Source: a virus
Strand: one strand, 5' to 3'
DNA: 64,000 bases
IMG/VR virus record: IMGVR_UViG_3300024258_000005
Shown piece by piece: positions 49,484 through 58,022 of the stretch (within the stretch, counting starts at the first letter, position 1; every line of letters begins with the position of its first letter). The notes under the pieces were generated by a model, which was given only the letters and a program-made list of their open reading frames with translations, did no database searches and was not told where the DNA came from. A program made the position numbers and the translations under genes.

Positions 49484-50014
49484 CTATTTAATTATATTTT
49501 TAAAATTTTGAAAAACTCTAGAGGGAGAACTATCTATTTTCATCGGTTGAGAATTATTACTAAAATATGGTAGATCTTTAGCACTACCTGGTTGATATTT
49601 TGTACCAAATAATAAAGTACTTGGATTTAAGTTTTCATTACTTGCATCATATATCTTTTGTGCTTCATGTTGAGGTAATTTACTAACATACTCTTTTGCA
49701 TCTTTTAAAGCATTTGCTTCATGATTCTTAAAAGGAGTTAATGCATTAACGACTTCTTTAGGGTGATTATCTGAATGGTTTTGTGGAAACATATACTGAT
49801 GTAGTCTACGAGGCTCATGACTTGAAATATGTGTTCCACGACTATCCATATCCAATAGTTGTGCTCCTATATTTTTATTATCAAATGTTTTTTGAGCATT
49901 TGAAATAACATCATTTTCAGCAGCAGTTCTAGCAGCAGAGTACTCAAATCCATCTAAACCATCAAGTCCTTCAAATTCTTCAAGTATCTTATGTTTATCT
50001 AATTGTACTTTCAT
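49484..50014 (-). CDS. ILE-leader family protein
   Basis: MKVQLDKHKILEE. Confidence 0.8.
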   Translation of the reverse strand: MKVQLDKHKILEEFEGLDGLDGFEYSAARTAAENDVISNAQKTFDNKNIGAQLLDMDSRGTHISSHEPRRLHQYMFPQNHSDNHPKEVVNALTPFKNHEANALKDAKEYVSKLPQHEAQKIYDASNENLNPSTLLFGTKYQPGSAKDLPYFSNNSQPMKIDSSPSRVFQNFKNIIK

Positions 50015-50226
50015 TATGCTGCACCTGGATCTAAAGTTTTAACTAATTCACCACTAAGTTTATTTATACCATAAGCTGCGCCACCTAGAATTCCAACAGG
50101 AATTGCTACGTTTGCTACTTTACTTGTAGTACTTTGAGGAATACCAGCTGCTCTTTGAGCTTGTACTTGTTGCATGTGATGATAATTCGCTTCTAGAATT
50201 AAAGCTTTGTCTAATTTTACTTTCAT
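50014..50226 (-). CDS. ILE-leader family protein (70 aa)
   Basis: MKVKLDKALILEA; VAIPVGILGGAAYG. Confidence 0.75.
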   Translation of the reverse strand: MKVKLDKALILEANYHHMQQVQAQRAAGIPQSTTSKVANVAIPVGILGGAAYGINKLSGELVKTLDPGAA

Positions 50227-50241
50227 AATATTTCCTTTTGT

Positions 50242-50886
50242 TTATATTTTTTTATATTTTTTTACTATATTTTTTAACTTGATAGCATTATTTCGTTTTG
50301 TTATAATTCTTTTAGGAACTATTTGAGGAGATGTTAATGGTGTTTTTCTTTTTATATCACCAGGTTGTACTAAAGGTTTTGATCTATTATCCATTGCTGT
50401 TTGAGTAGGCTTATTTAAATCTCTTGGCTCCCTTATAGGCTCTTTTTTATAAAAAGCATTATTCTTTTTTTGAGGACCATGTTGCATACCAGTATCTACA
50501 CCGACAGGAGGAGGATTTTCTTTTCTCTTCTCATCAGCTACCCATTGCTTAGTTTTAGCAACACCTTTATTTAAAGCACTTATAGTATTTGTAGCACCTT
50601 TTGAAACAGCAGCTTTATTATTTAAAGCTAATGCTCCTGCACCTAAAGCTGTCCCAGCCATTAAACCTTTAGTTGCAACATTTTCCCAATCTGTCCCAGG
50701 AGCTTCTGTAACATGATTTACTGTATGAATATTTGTAACGGGTCTATTTATAGGAGTGTCATCTGATAATGCGTCTGTAGCTAAACCACCGGCCACTAAA
50801 CCACCAATACCAGCTAAATATTTTCCAGAATGTTTCTTTAAATGTTCTGAAAAATTTTCAAGTATAACATCTTTATGTAATTTCAT
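50242..50886 (-). CDS. ILE-leader family protein with basic Pro/Lys-rich C-terminus
   Basis: MKLHKDVILEN; close paralog of 51214-51872. Confidence 0.8.
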   Translation of the reverse strand: MKLHKDVILENFSEHLKKHSGKYLAGIGGLVAGGLATDALSDDTPINRPVTNIHTVNHVTEAPGTDWENVATKGLMAGTALGAGALALNNKAAVSKGATNTISALNKGVAKTKQWVADEKRKENPPPVGVDTGMQHGPQKKNNAFYKKEPIREPRDLNKPTQTAMDNRSKPLVQPGDIKRKTPLTSPQIVPKRIITKRNNAIKLKNIVKKYKKI

Positions 50887-50906
50887 TTTATATCCTTTTT
50901 CTTATC

Positions 50907-50915
50907 AATTTGTTA
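50907..50915 (-). promoter_or_regulatory. TAACAAATT variant of the candidate late promoter
   Basis: One mismatch, 21 nt upstream of ATG 50886. Confidence 0.45.
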
Positions 50916-50932
50916 ATTGTTTATTTTAATGG

Positions 50933-50968
50933 ACAAGAAAATACTACAAGCCTGAGCTTGTAGTATTT
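50933..50968 (-). terminator. Hairpin terminator with TCTTGT tail
   Basis: 13-bp perfect stem AAATACTACAAGC/GCTTGTAGTATTT, 4-nt loop, then TCTTGT. Confidence 0.8.
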
Positions 50969-50979
50969 AGGATAAATTG

Positions 50980-51167
50980 TTACTGATTTACAAGACCATC
51001 AACATATCTACCAGCGTCTTGAACGCCTTGTTTAATTGTTTGTCAGCATCTTCATACGCATTAATAATATCATCCGAGTAGTGACCGGCGAGCGCTCCAA
51101 TACCTGCAACTGTAAGTATTTTACTATAATTTTCCAGTATTAATTTCTTATCTGTTTGAACTATCAT
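50980..51167 (-). pseudogene. Small ILE-leader gene with an apparent 1-nt frameshift
   Basis: MIVQTDKKLILEN... ends at 50988 in frame 0 (59 aa); the -1 frame gives TIKQGVQDAGRYVDGLVNQ, like the C-terminus of 51964 (LKQGVQGAENYLNSLTQQ); weak RBS. Confidence 0.5.
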
Positions 51168-51213
51168 ATCATTTACATTTTTTTGTAATTAGCATTATTA
51201 GATACTACACTTT

Positions 51214-51872
51214 TTAATTTATTAATATTTTTCGCTTATTTATAACTCGTTGAGGAACAATCGCTGGGCCAGTTAAAGGTTTTTTGCGCTTTATATCACC
51301 TGGTTGACTAAGAGAATTTAATGAAACATCTTTAGCCACTGAGGTTGGTTCATTTAAATTTCTATGTAAAGGTTTAACCTTTTTGTAAAAAGTGTTATTT
51401 CGTTTTTGAGGCCCATGAGTCATTCCTGTATCAACTCCAATCGGAGTAGGGTTTTCTTTACGTTTTTCTGAAGCAACCCATTTTTTAGTTGAATCAACTC
51501 CTCTATTTATTGCAGATACTGCAGTATTTATACCACCTTGAGTTGCTTGACCCATAGAAGTATTTATTTTATCTGCAGCATTGATAGTATTGGTTGCAAC
51601 CTTTGCAGCACCAGATGACACATCTTTAATACCATTAACATTTTTAGATATCAATCCAGCTACACCAAGACCGGCTCCAGTCAATAAACTTTTGTTTGCA
51701 ATATCATTCCAATCTGTATTACTAGGAGATTCTTTAATATTATTAGTTATATGTTGAGTAGGTTCTTCTTCGCCATCAAAAGCATTAGTCAATCCAACAC
51801 CAGCTAAAATACCCGCACCAGCTAAATATTTTCCAGAAAATTTTCTAGAATTAAATTTTTATTAATTATCAT
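51214..51872 (-). CDS. ILE-leader family protein interrupted by a -1 frameshift near 51837-51844
   Basis: ATG 51872 with RBS reads MIINKNLILENF then stops; the -1 frame continues SGKYLAG..., colinear with paralog 50242. The track's TTG start at 51792 is probably an artefact. Confidence 0.7.
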
Positions 51873-51928
51873 TATAATTTCCTTTATTAAATATTTGTTA
51901 ATAAAGGAAATTATAATGATAATTAATA
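51860..51928. repeat. Perfect 31-bp inverted repeat with 7-nt loop covering the RBS and ATG
   Basis: 51860-51890 is the exact reverse complement of 51898-51928. Confidence 0.95.
51892..51900 (-). promoter_or_regulatory. TAACAAATA motif in the loop of the inverted repeat
   Basis: Exact, 20 nt upstream of ATG 51872. Confidence 0.6.
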
Positions 51929-51930
51929 TA

Positions 51931-51958
51931 GGCATTGCAGATATATATCTGCAATGCC
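51931..51958. terminator. Palindromic hairpin (possible bidirectional terminator)
   Basis: GGCATTGCAGATATATATCTGCAATGCC, followed by TTTCTTT on the plus strand; just after the stop at 51964. Confidence 0.55.
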
Positions 51959-51963
51959 TTTCT

Positions 51964-52596
51964 TTATTGTTGTGTTAAACTATTTAAATAGTTTTCTGCG
52001 CCTTGAACACCTTGCTTAAGATTACCACTTATAGTGTCACCAACATGACCAAGTTTATCACTTAGCTCACTAGCACCTGATTTAAATTTATTAGTATAGT
52101 CAGCTACTTTATCAATACTAGCATCTTGCATAGTTGTTGTATTATTAGCAACACCAGTAGCATTATTAGCAACACCAGTAGCATTATTAGCAACACCAGC
52201 AGCATTATTAGCAACACCAGTAGTGTTATTAGCAACACCAGCAGCGTTAGCTACAATTCCTTGGTGAGCATTAGCAACCGATGCCGCATTATCAGCAATA
52301 CCAGAATTTGTATGATCTACAAATTGTTTACCAGCATCATAAGCCATTTTACCACCAGCACCAACACCAGCTAAAGCACCAGCACCAACTAAACGTTGAC
52401 CCCAACCTTCTTCTAGAAGATCACGAACACCTTGCATAACTCCTTCTTCAACAAGCATTTTACGAATTTGCATTGTTGATTCATTAATCATGATTTTACC
52501 TTTAAGTAAATCTTTTTCAGACATACCCTCGGCTTCTTCAAGAAGACCTAAAGAATAACGATTACGAACATTTTCTAAGATTAAATCTAATTTCAT
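51964..52596 (-). CDS. ILE-leader family protein, extended-propeptide subgroup, with heptad repeats
   Basis: MKLDLILEN...GKIMINES...LLEE; (GVANNAT)n. Confidence 0.8.
   Translation of the reverse strand: MKLDLILENVRNRYSLGLLEEAEGMSEKDLLKGKIMINESTMQIRKMLVEEGVMQGVRDLLEEGWGQRLVGAGALAGVGAGGKMAYDAGKQFVDHTNSGIADNAASVANAHQGIVANAAGVANNTTGVANNAAGVANNATGVANNATGVANNTTTMQDASIDKVADYTNKFKSGASELSDKLGHVGDTISGNLKQGVQGAENYLNSLTQQ
52141..52245. repeat. 21-bp coding tandem repeat, 5 copies (GVANNAT-type heptad)
   Basis: ATTATTAGCAACACCAGTAGC and variants. Confidence 0.95.
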
Positions 52597-52606
52597 CCGA
52601 ATCTCC

Positions 52607-53149
52607 TTATTTCAAGTTCGCAAGGATTCTTGCAACAACTGTACTTGATTCTTCAAGTAATGCAGCTTCTTCAGCAACAACTTCAGACTCTTCGATTACT
52701 GGAGCTACTTCAGCTTCTTCAGCAACAACTTCAGACTCTTCGATTACTGGAGCTACTTCAGCTACTTCAGCAGGAACTTCTGATTCTTGCATTGGAGCCA
52801 CTGCAGGAACTATTTCTTCTTCTGGCATTTCTTCATAACCTTCTTCCTCTTCAGGTTCACCATCTACAGGAATAAGTTGACCATCTTGGAATACATATTT
52901 GTTCCCAACAGCATCAAATAATTCAATTGGTGGCAATTCTTCTTCAGCATCAGGAACGTTAAGTTCATCAGGAATAAAATCTTCAGCCGCCTCTGTAATT
53001 ACATCAGCACATAGATTGTGATAAAACTCTGCTTCTTCTAGAGTAACAGTACCATTTTTACTTAAGTGTCCAAGTACCATAGAATTACCCATGTTAGTTG
53101 AAGTTTCTTCTAATACACCCGCAAGTGTTTGAGCGAAATATTCGTTCAT
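52607..53149 (-). CDS. Acidic prohead core/scaffold-like protein
   Basis: Very Glu-rich, with repeated VLEE/MQES/IEES/LLEES sites and an amphipathic C-terminal helix. Confidence 0.45.
   Translation of the reverse strand: MNEYFAQTLAGVLEETSTNMGNSMVLGHLSKNGTVTLEEAEFYHNLCADVITEAAEDFIPDELNVPDAEEELPPIELFDAVGNKYVFQDGQLIPVDGEPEEEEGYEEMPEEEIVPAVAPMQESEVPAEVAEVAPVIEESEVVAEEAEVAPVIEESEVVAEEAALLEESSTVVARILANLK
52664..52759. repeat. 48-bp perfect coding duplication (EVAPVIEESEVVAEEA)
   Basis: 52664-52711 is identical to 52712-52759. Confidence 0.95.
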
Positions 53150-53234
53150 TATATTTTCCTTTTGGCTTTCGCCTATTTAAGTTTTTTATTATTTGAGCTT
53201 TTTTTGATTTAAGATTTAAGAATTTATATCTAAT

Positions 53235-53243
53235 CATTTGTTA
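53235..53243 (-). promoter_or_regulatory. TAACAAATG variant of the candidate late promoter
   Basis: One mismatch, 86 nt upstream of ATG 53149. Confidence 0.4.
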
Positions 53244-53267
53244 TCTAAGTTAAAATTTTGCCAAGAA

Positions 53268-54329
53268 TTAATTAAATAATTGTAATTGACAGTTTGATAA
53301 TTGACTAAATCTAAATGTAGTTAAACTGATATCTAAATCAAATACATAGTAAGGTACTAGTGTTCCATCAATATCTTTATCAATTACCATTTCAGGTGTT
53401 ACTAAAGGAATTTCAATAAACTCTACTCTAGCATCGTTTATAGTTGAATCATCTACCATAAAAATAGATACAGGTAATCCAAGTATTTGATAATCAGATA
53501 CAGGAACTTGTAATTGATTCAAATCTATATCGAAATCACCTTCTTCTAATATATAACTTCTTTTAAGTTTATTCTGTCTATCACTAAAAATATCATTATT
53601 CATATCAATTAAAATAGGTAAATCTTTACTACCATCAACTATATTACCAACAATTTGTATACCATTTACAATTCGATTATCAATAGTAACATTTCCTATA
53701 ACATTAGGAACCTTTAATCGCACTTCGATATTAACATTGATTGAATTCTCACCATCAACATTCTTATTTTTTTGAATTGAATTTACTCTAAATATAGGAG
53801 AGATTTCATATAATGCATATCCTTCTATTTTCTGATTAGTTGTTCTATAATACAAACCTTCTGTATCATCAACTGTATCCCAATCTTTAATAAAATCATC
53901 TACATGTATATAAGCATTGTACTTATAACTATAGAACATCATATTCTTAGGAAACGCACTTATAAGTTGGTTATGGTAATTTAATATATCACTAACACCA
54001 GATAAGTTAATTTTTATATCCATTTGAATAGTGACCCATTTAAAGTCAATTATTACAGAATCTTGTTTAGTATGGTTACTCGCAACTGCCATAGTAGTAT
54101 CAGCGTTATGCTGAACCGCAATATAACGAAAGAAATCTCTATTATCATCAGTTGTTATATCAGTAAGGTTTACCATACACATAGGATATTTTTTAACATG
54201 ATCTTCATATAATTTATAATTTAGATAAGCTTTATCTGCATATGAAAACTGATAATGTTGTATGTTTGGAAAGGTACTACTTATAAACTTTTTAAAAGAT
54301 TTTAAGTAGTCCAGGTAATATGAATACAT
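53268..54329 (-). CDS. Tail completion/sheath-stabiliser-like protein (T4 gp15-like, tentative)
   Basis: FSYADKAYL...YPMCMVNLTDITTD pattern; structural-gene context. Confidence 0.35.
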   Translation of the reverse strand: MYSYYLDYLKSFKKFISSTFPNIQHYQFSYADKAYLNYKLYEDHVKKYPMCMVNLTDITTDDNRDFFRYIAVQHNADTTMAVASNHTKQDSVIIDFKWVTIQMDIKINLSGVSDILNYHNQLISAFPKNMMFYSYKYNAYIHVDDFIKDWDTVDDTEGLYYRTTNQKIEGYALYEISPIFRVNSIQKNKNVDGENSINVNIEVRLKVPNVIGNVTIDNRIVNGIQIVGNIVDGSKDLPILIDMNNDIFSDRQNKLKRSYILEEGDFDIDLNQLQVPVSDYQILGLPVSIFMVDDSTINDARVEFIEIPLVTPEMVIDKDIDGTLVPYYVFDLDISLTTFRFSQLSNCQLQLFN

Positions 54330-54330
54330 T

Positions 54331-54747
54331 TTATTCTCCTAAAAAGATATTTAAATCTATGTCATCTGTACTCGCATAAAATAGTGAATGATTTATATCA
54401 CCCTTATAATCACGATGTAAAATTAAAATAGTAGTTGCTTCAAAGATAATTCTAGTTATGTTTAACTTATTAAAATCATCACCTACTTCCCATGTTTGAT
54501 ATTTAGCTGCTTGAACTCTGTCTTTTATAATAATTTTATTATCTACTATGTTAAAAAACTTATTATTGTTATTATATATCTTTTCTAAATCTCTAATAAA
54601 ATTCATTTTTAAATTATAATTTTCATTCAGATATTTATAATTTGCACTTAGTCTATAACGATTACAGTCATTAGACATTTTCAAGTACACATAAGGCACT
54701 GACCGATGCATTATCGGAACCTTGATACTTTGATACTCATTTTCCAT
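54331..54747 (-). CDS. Hypothetical protein
   Basis: 138-aa ORF with RBS downstream of motif block D. Confidence 0.7.
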   Translation of the reverse strand: MENEYQSIKVPIMHRSVPYVYLKMSNDCNRYRLSANYKYLNENYNLKMNFIRDLEKIYNNNNKFFNIVDNKIIIKDRVQAAKYQTWEVGDDFNKLNITRIIFEATTILILHRDYKGDINHSLFYASTDDIDLNIFLGE

Positions 54748-54764
54748 TTTATATTCCTACTTAA

Positions 54765-54906
54765 TGATCTTTAAAGATCGTTTTATTTTTAGATATTTTC
54801 TATCTTTAAAGATAGAAAATTCGCGATCTAAAAGGATCAGAAAAGTTACCATAGAAATATTTTATTTTATTTCTATGGTAACTTTTTTTCTGACCCCAAA
54901 AGATAG
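54765..54906. promoter_or_regulatory. Intergenic motif block D
   Basis: GATCTTTAAAGATC, 26-bp palindrome 54795-54820, 37-bp element 54846-54882 (inverse of block C), CCCCAAAAGATA. Confidence 0.65.
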
Positions 54907-54923
54907 AAAACAAATCTCTTAAA

Positions 54924-57900
54924 TTAGAGATTTGCTTCGAGACCTGCACCTTGAAAGAATATTTTAATCATATTTAAAGATGTTAAATCTTCAGATTCGA
55001 TATCAATATCAAACGATTCAGGTATTTCATTGTTTCTAACAATTTCATTAATCATTTTCTTTTTAGCTTTACTAGCATCCGACTTCATAGCATGCATTTC
55101 TTTTATAAGACCATAAGGTCTTTTTGAAAGTAATGAATTCATATCGTATAGACCAATCTTAATAGCACCGGTACCTTCTTTAGTACCACTTCGACCTTGA
55201 CCAGTTATCCAGTTCTTAGAAGTATTTAAAGAACCACGAGTTGATGACATTGCTTGAGGAAAATGTTCTAGCATATTGATTGGTAAGATACCAACAGGAA
55301 CTGCTCTAGTTGTAACAATACCATTATTTTCAAGAATCTTAACTTTCTCATTCAAAGGGACACCAAGTACATCAGCAGCTTTTTGGATATTAGAAATAGT
55401 TAACTTATTTTTAAATGGTGGTACAATAGCAGGGAATGCTGGATTATTTAAAGGATGACTATTATTGATAATTTTAGAGATTTCTTTTGTTGATTTTTTA
55501 AAGAACTCATTAAGTTGTTCAATTATAATATGATCTTTTGTTTCATCCAAATGACCAAACACTTCCATAACTAGTTTTTTAATAGCTAAAATTTTACCTT
55601 GTTTATTAAGTTCTAAACAAGCTTCATTAAGATAATAAATAACTTTACCTAAGTACATGGCTAGAAGTATACTAGGATTCTTACGAGAAATAATACTCAG
55701 AGGAGTACCAATAAATTCAATCTTAAGTCCAGTTTCCTCTGCAATAGGTTCCATATCTTTACCCATAACATATTGAACAGTACCTTTACCACCTGAACTA
55801 GTCAGTGTAAACTTTGAACCATTAATAACAGGATTAACCTTTTCAATATAAACTTCAATAATAGCTCCATCAATTTCTTCTTGATTGAACTTATGACCAC
55901 CAATAGTTAATGTTTCAGAATTTTCTAAATGTCCAATACAATCAATATAATCATCATTATTGTCGGTATCAGCTTTACATGCGGCAGCTTTTTTAGAAAT
56001 AGTATCAGTTGTTTGTGAATGTAATGCTAAAATTGGTTTAGGTAATTTTTTAGTATTTAATTTAACAACGATTTCTTTTATTGTTCCACCAGGACTAAGA
56101 TAAGTCTTAGTTAAACCGTCTTGAACTAATCCAACCATTGTAGATTCTTCATCGTCCTCAAGGTCATCATCAATAAATTCTTCTGATGTATTATACTTTA
56201 TTAAAACATCACCTGCTTTCGTAATATTACCTTGTTTTAAATTTAATTCTGATAATTTAGCACCAGTTGTAAATTTAATATTAATCTTTTGAAGAACTTT
56301 ATTAGAAAATTTATCAGTCAGTGTATCACTAACAACCCAACCATCTTCATAATTCATTCCAAGATATCCCATCTCTGCAACAACAAGGTTTTTACCAATA
56401 GCTAACTTACCTGTTTTAAGTGAATCTGTTGTAGCTAAGATTTGACCTTCTTTAACTTTCTCACCAGCGCTTACTAAAGAACTATATTTTGTAGCAATAT
56501 AAATACCACGCTTTGTACGCGATTTAACAGGTGTTATAGCGATAGTTTCTACTGACTTATCATTGTATTGCACTTTGATAGTTTCACTTGTAATCGCTTT
56601 AATAACGCCTTCTTTCTTAGCTTTCTTAGAAAATCTATCTGAAACTAAATGAGGAACATAACTTTCAAAACCTGTTTGAACTAAAGGAACATCCGGCTTC
56701 TCAAGTTGAATAAACTGAGCAGTTTGTTGATTACCCATTACACGACGAGTTGTATCATCATATTCAAAGAAAGGACTTAATGATTCAATAGGACTAAGGT
56801 TCTCAAATGCATTACTATCATTAGTAAATTCTCTACGAGAAATTGATCCAAATCTATCATCAATACGTGCACCATTGGTGAGTGTTTGATTTATACCAAT
56901 ACCACCATACTCATTAGTTGCAGTAGGAGCAATTGTACCAAAATAACTAGGATTTGTATCTCTACGATTAAGAGTAACATCTTGTTTACGAACGTTACCA
57001 ATACCTACTTTAGTTACTTTTAAACTTAACATCATTTCCTCAACAGGATTCAACGTTTTAGTGTACTGAAGTATACCAGCATCTAAAAGATTCTTAATAA
57101 TATAATCATTTTGCATATATATTTTTTCATTACTTAATTGCTTACGAGCTTTAAATTTAGAAAGTGCTTGATGCATTTGATTATAAGCTACACTTGTAAT
57201 AGTCTCAGACATTCTTAAACGATAATTATCTAAATCATATTGACTCTTAGAAGTTCTTTGTCCTAGTAGTTCAACCATTTCATTAGTGAATACACCTGGT
57301 AGATCTGTACTTTGACCAGCATCTTCAAGAATCTTTTTTGTACTTCCATCAATAAATTTATATTCAACATCATATAAATTCTTTGCAGATGTAGCACCTT
57401 GTTTATTAACAATAACTTTCATCATTGCATTGCTAAGACCTTCAAGTGTAGGAGAAAATATTTCATTGTTTAATTTATAAGTGTTAAGACCATTTGCATA
57501 GTTCCATTGGTGCTGATTCTTAGGATATAAACACAAATATTGTCTTGCACCATCTTCTGTTGTAAAGTTCATTACAATACCAGCGTCATTGTCTTTTTTA
57601 TCTTTAAATTGAAATTCTAATTTCATAATACCAAATGCAGATTTCATAGTACTTCTATTAATTAAAAGAAATACTGCTAAAGGAACATTCTTTCCAAGGA
57701 TTCTCATTTCATAGAAAGGCTTTGAACTTTTACTCTTTTTAATAATATCTTCACCCGATACTAAATTATTAATTTTATTATATATATTGAAAATAAATTC
57801 ATTTAAATGAGCTTTGTTGATATGATTAACATCACCATCTTCAGTCTTCGAATAGATATAATCTGATCCACCACGAAGATACGCGTACTCTACAATCTCA

Positions 57901-58022
57901 GAAGTATTTCCAAGTCCCGCTTTTCTTCTTTCATAGAATTGGAGAACTTTAACTTGTTCACCATCTATTGTTTTTGAGACCTCATTTTTGAGATCGATTA
58001 TGTAATCGTTTTTTACAGCCAT
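54924..58022 (-). CDS. rpoB: Phage multisubunit RNA polymerase beta subunit, C-terminal part
   Basis: NPVEE...RDTNPSYFGTIAPTAT, SPFFEYDD.RRVMG, GKNLVVA.MGYLGMNYED, GSKFTLTSSGGKG, PLSIISRKN, MLEH, KIGLYD, KSD colinear with bacterial beta motifs but divergent. Confidence 0.9.
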   Translation of the reverse strand: MAVKNDYIIDLKNEVSKTIDGEQVKVLQFYERRKAGLGNTSEIVEYAYLRGGSDYIYSKTEDGDVNHINKAHLNEFIFNIYNKINNLVSGEDIIKKSKSSKPFYEMRILGKNVPLAVFLLINRSTMKSAFGIMKLEFQFKDKKDNDAGIVMNFTTEDGARQYLCLYPKNQHQWNYANGLNTYKLNNEIFSPTLEGLSNAMMKVIVNKQGATSAKNLYDVEYKFIDGSTKKILEDAGQSTDLPGVFTNEMVELLGQRTSKSQYDLDNYRLRMSETITSVAYNQMHQALSKFKARKQLSNEKIYMQNDYIIKNLLDAGILQYTKTLNPVEEMMLSLKVTKVGIGNVRKQDVTLNRRDTNPSYFGTIAPTATNEYGGIGINQTLTNGARIDDRFGSISRREFTNDSNAFENLSPIESLSPFFEYDDTTRRVMGNQQTAQFIQLEKPDVPLVQTGFESYVPHLVSDRFSKKAKKEGVIKAITSETIKVQYNDKSVETIAITPVKSRTKRGIYIATKYSSLVSAGEKVKEGQILATTDSLKTGKLAIGKNLVVAEMGYLGMNYEDGWVVSDTLTDKFSNKVLQKINIKFTTGAKLSELNLKQGNITKAGDVLIKYNTSEEFIDDDLEDDEESTMVGLVQDGLTKTYLSPGGTIKEIVVKLNTKKLPKPILALHSQTTDTISKKAAACKADTDNNDDYIDCIGHLENSETLTIGGHKFNQEEIDGAIIEVYIEKVNPVINGSKFTLTSSGGKGTVQYVMGKDMEPIAEETGLKIEFIGTPLSIISRKNPSILLAMYLGKVIYYLNEACLELNKQGKILAIKKLVMEVFGHLDETKDHIIIEQLNEFFKKSTKEISKIINNSHPLNNPAFPAIVPPFKNKLTISNIQKAADVLGVPLNEKVKILENNGIVTTRAVPVGILPINMLEHFPQAMSSTRGSLNTSKNWITGQGRSGTKEGTGAIKIGLYDMNSLLSKRPYGLIKEMHAMKSDASKAKKKMINEIVRNNEIPESFDIDIESEDLTSLNMIKIFFQGAGLEANL

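Noticed and set aside
51901-51980. Plus-strand RBS and ATG (AAAGGAAATTATAATG) starting a 20-aa ORF
   Set aside because: It is simply the mirror arm of the 31-bp inverted repeat and runs into the terminator hairpin.
21337-52759. CRISPR-array interpretation of the tandem repeats (21337, 22293, 28094, 41744, 52141, 52664)
   Set aside because: The units are contiguous with no unique spacers, and most are in-frame coding repeats; no cas genes are present.
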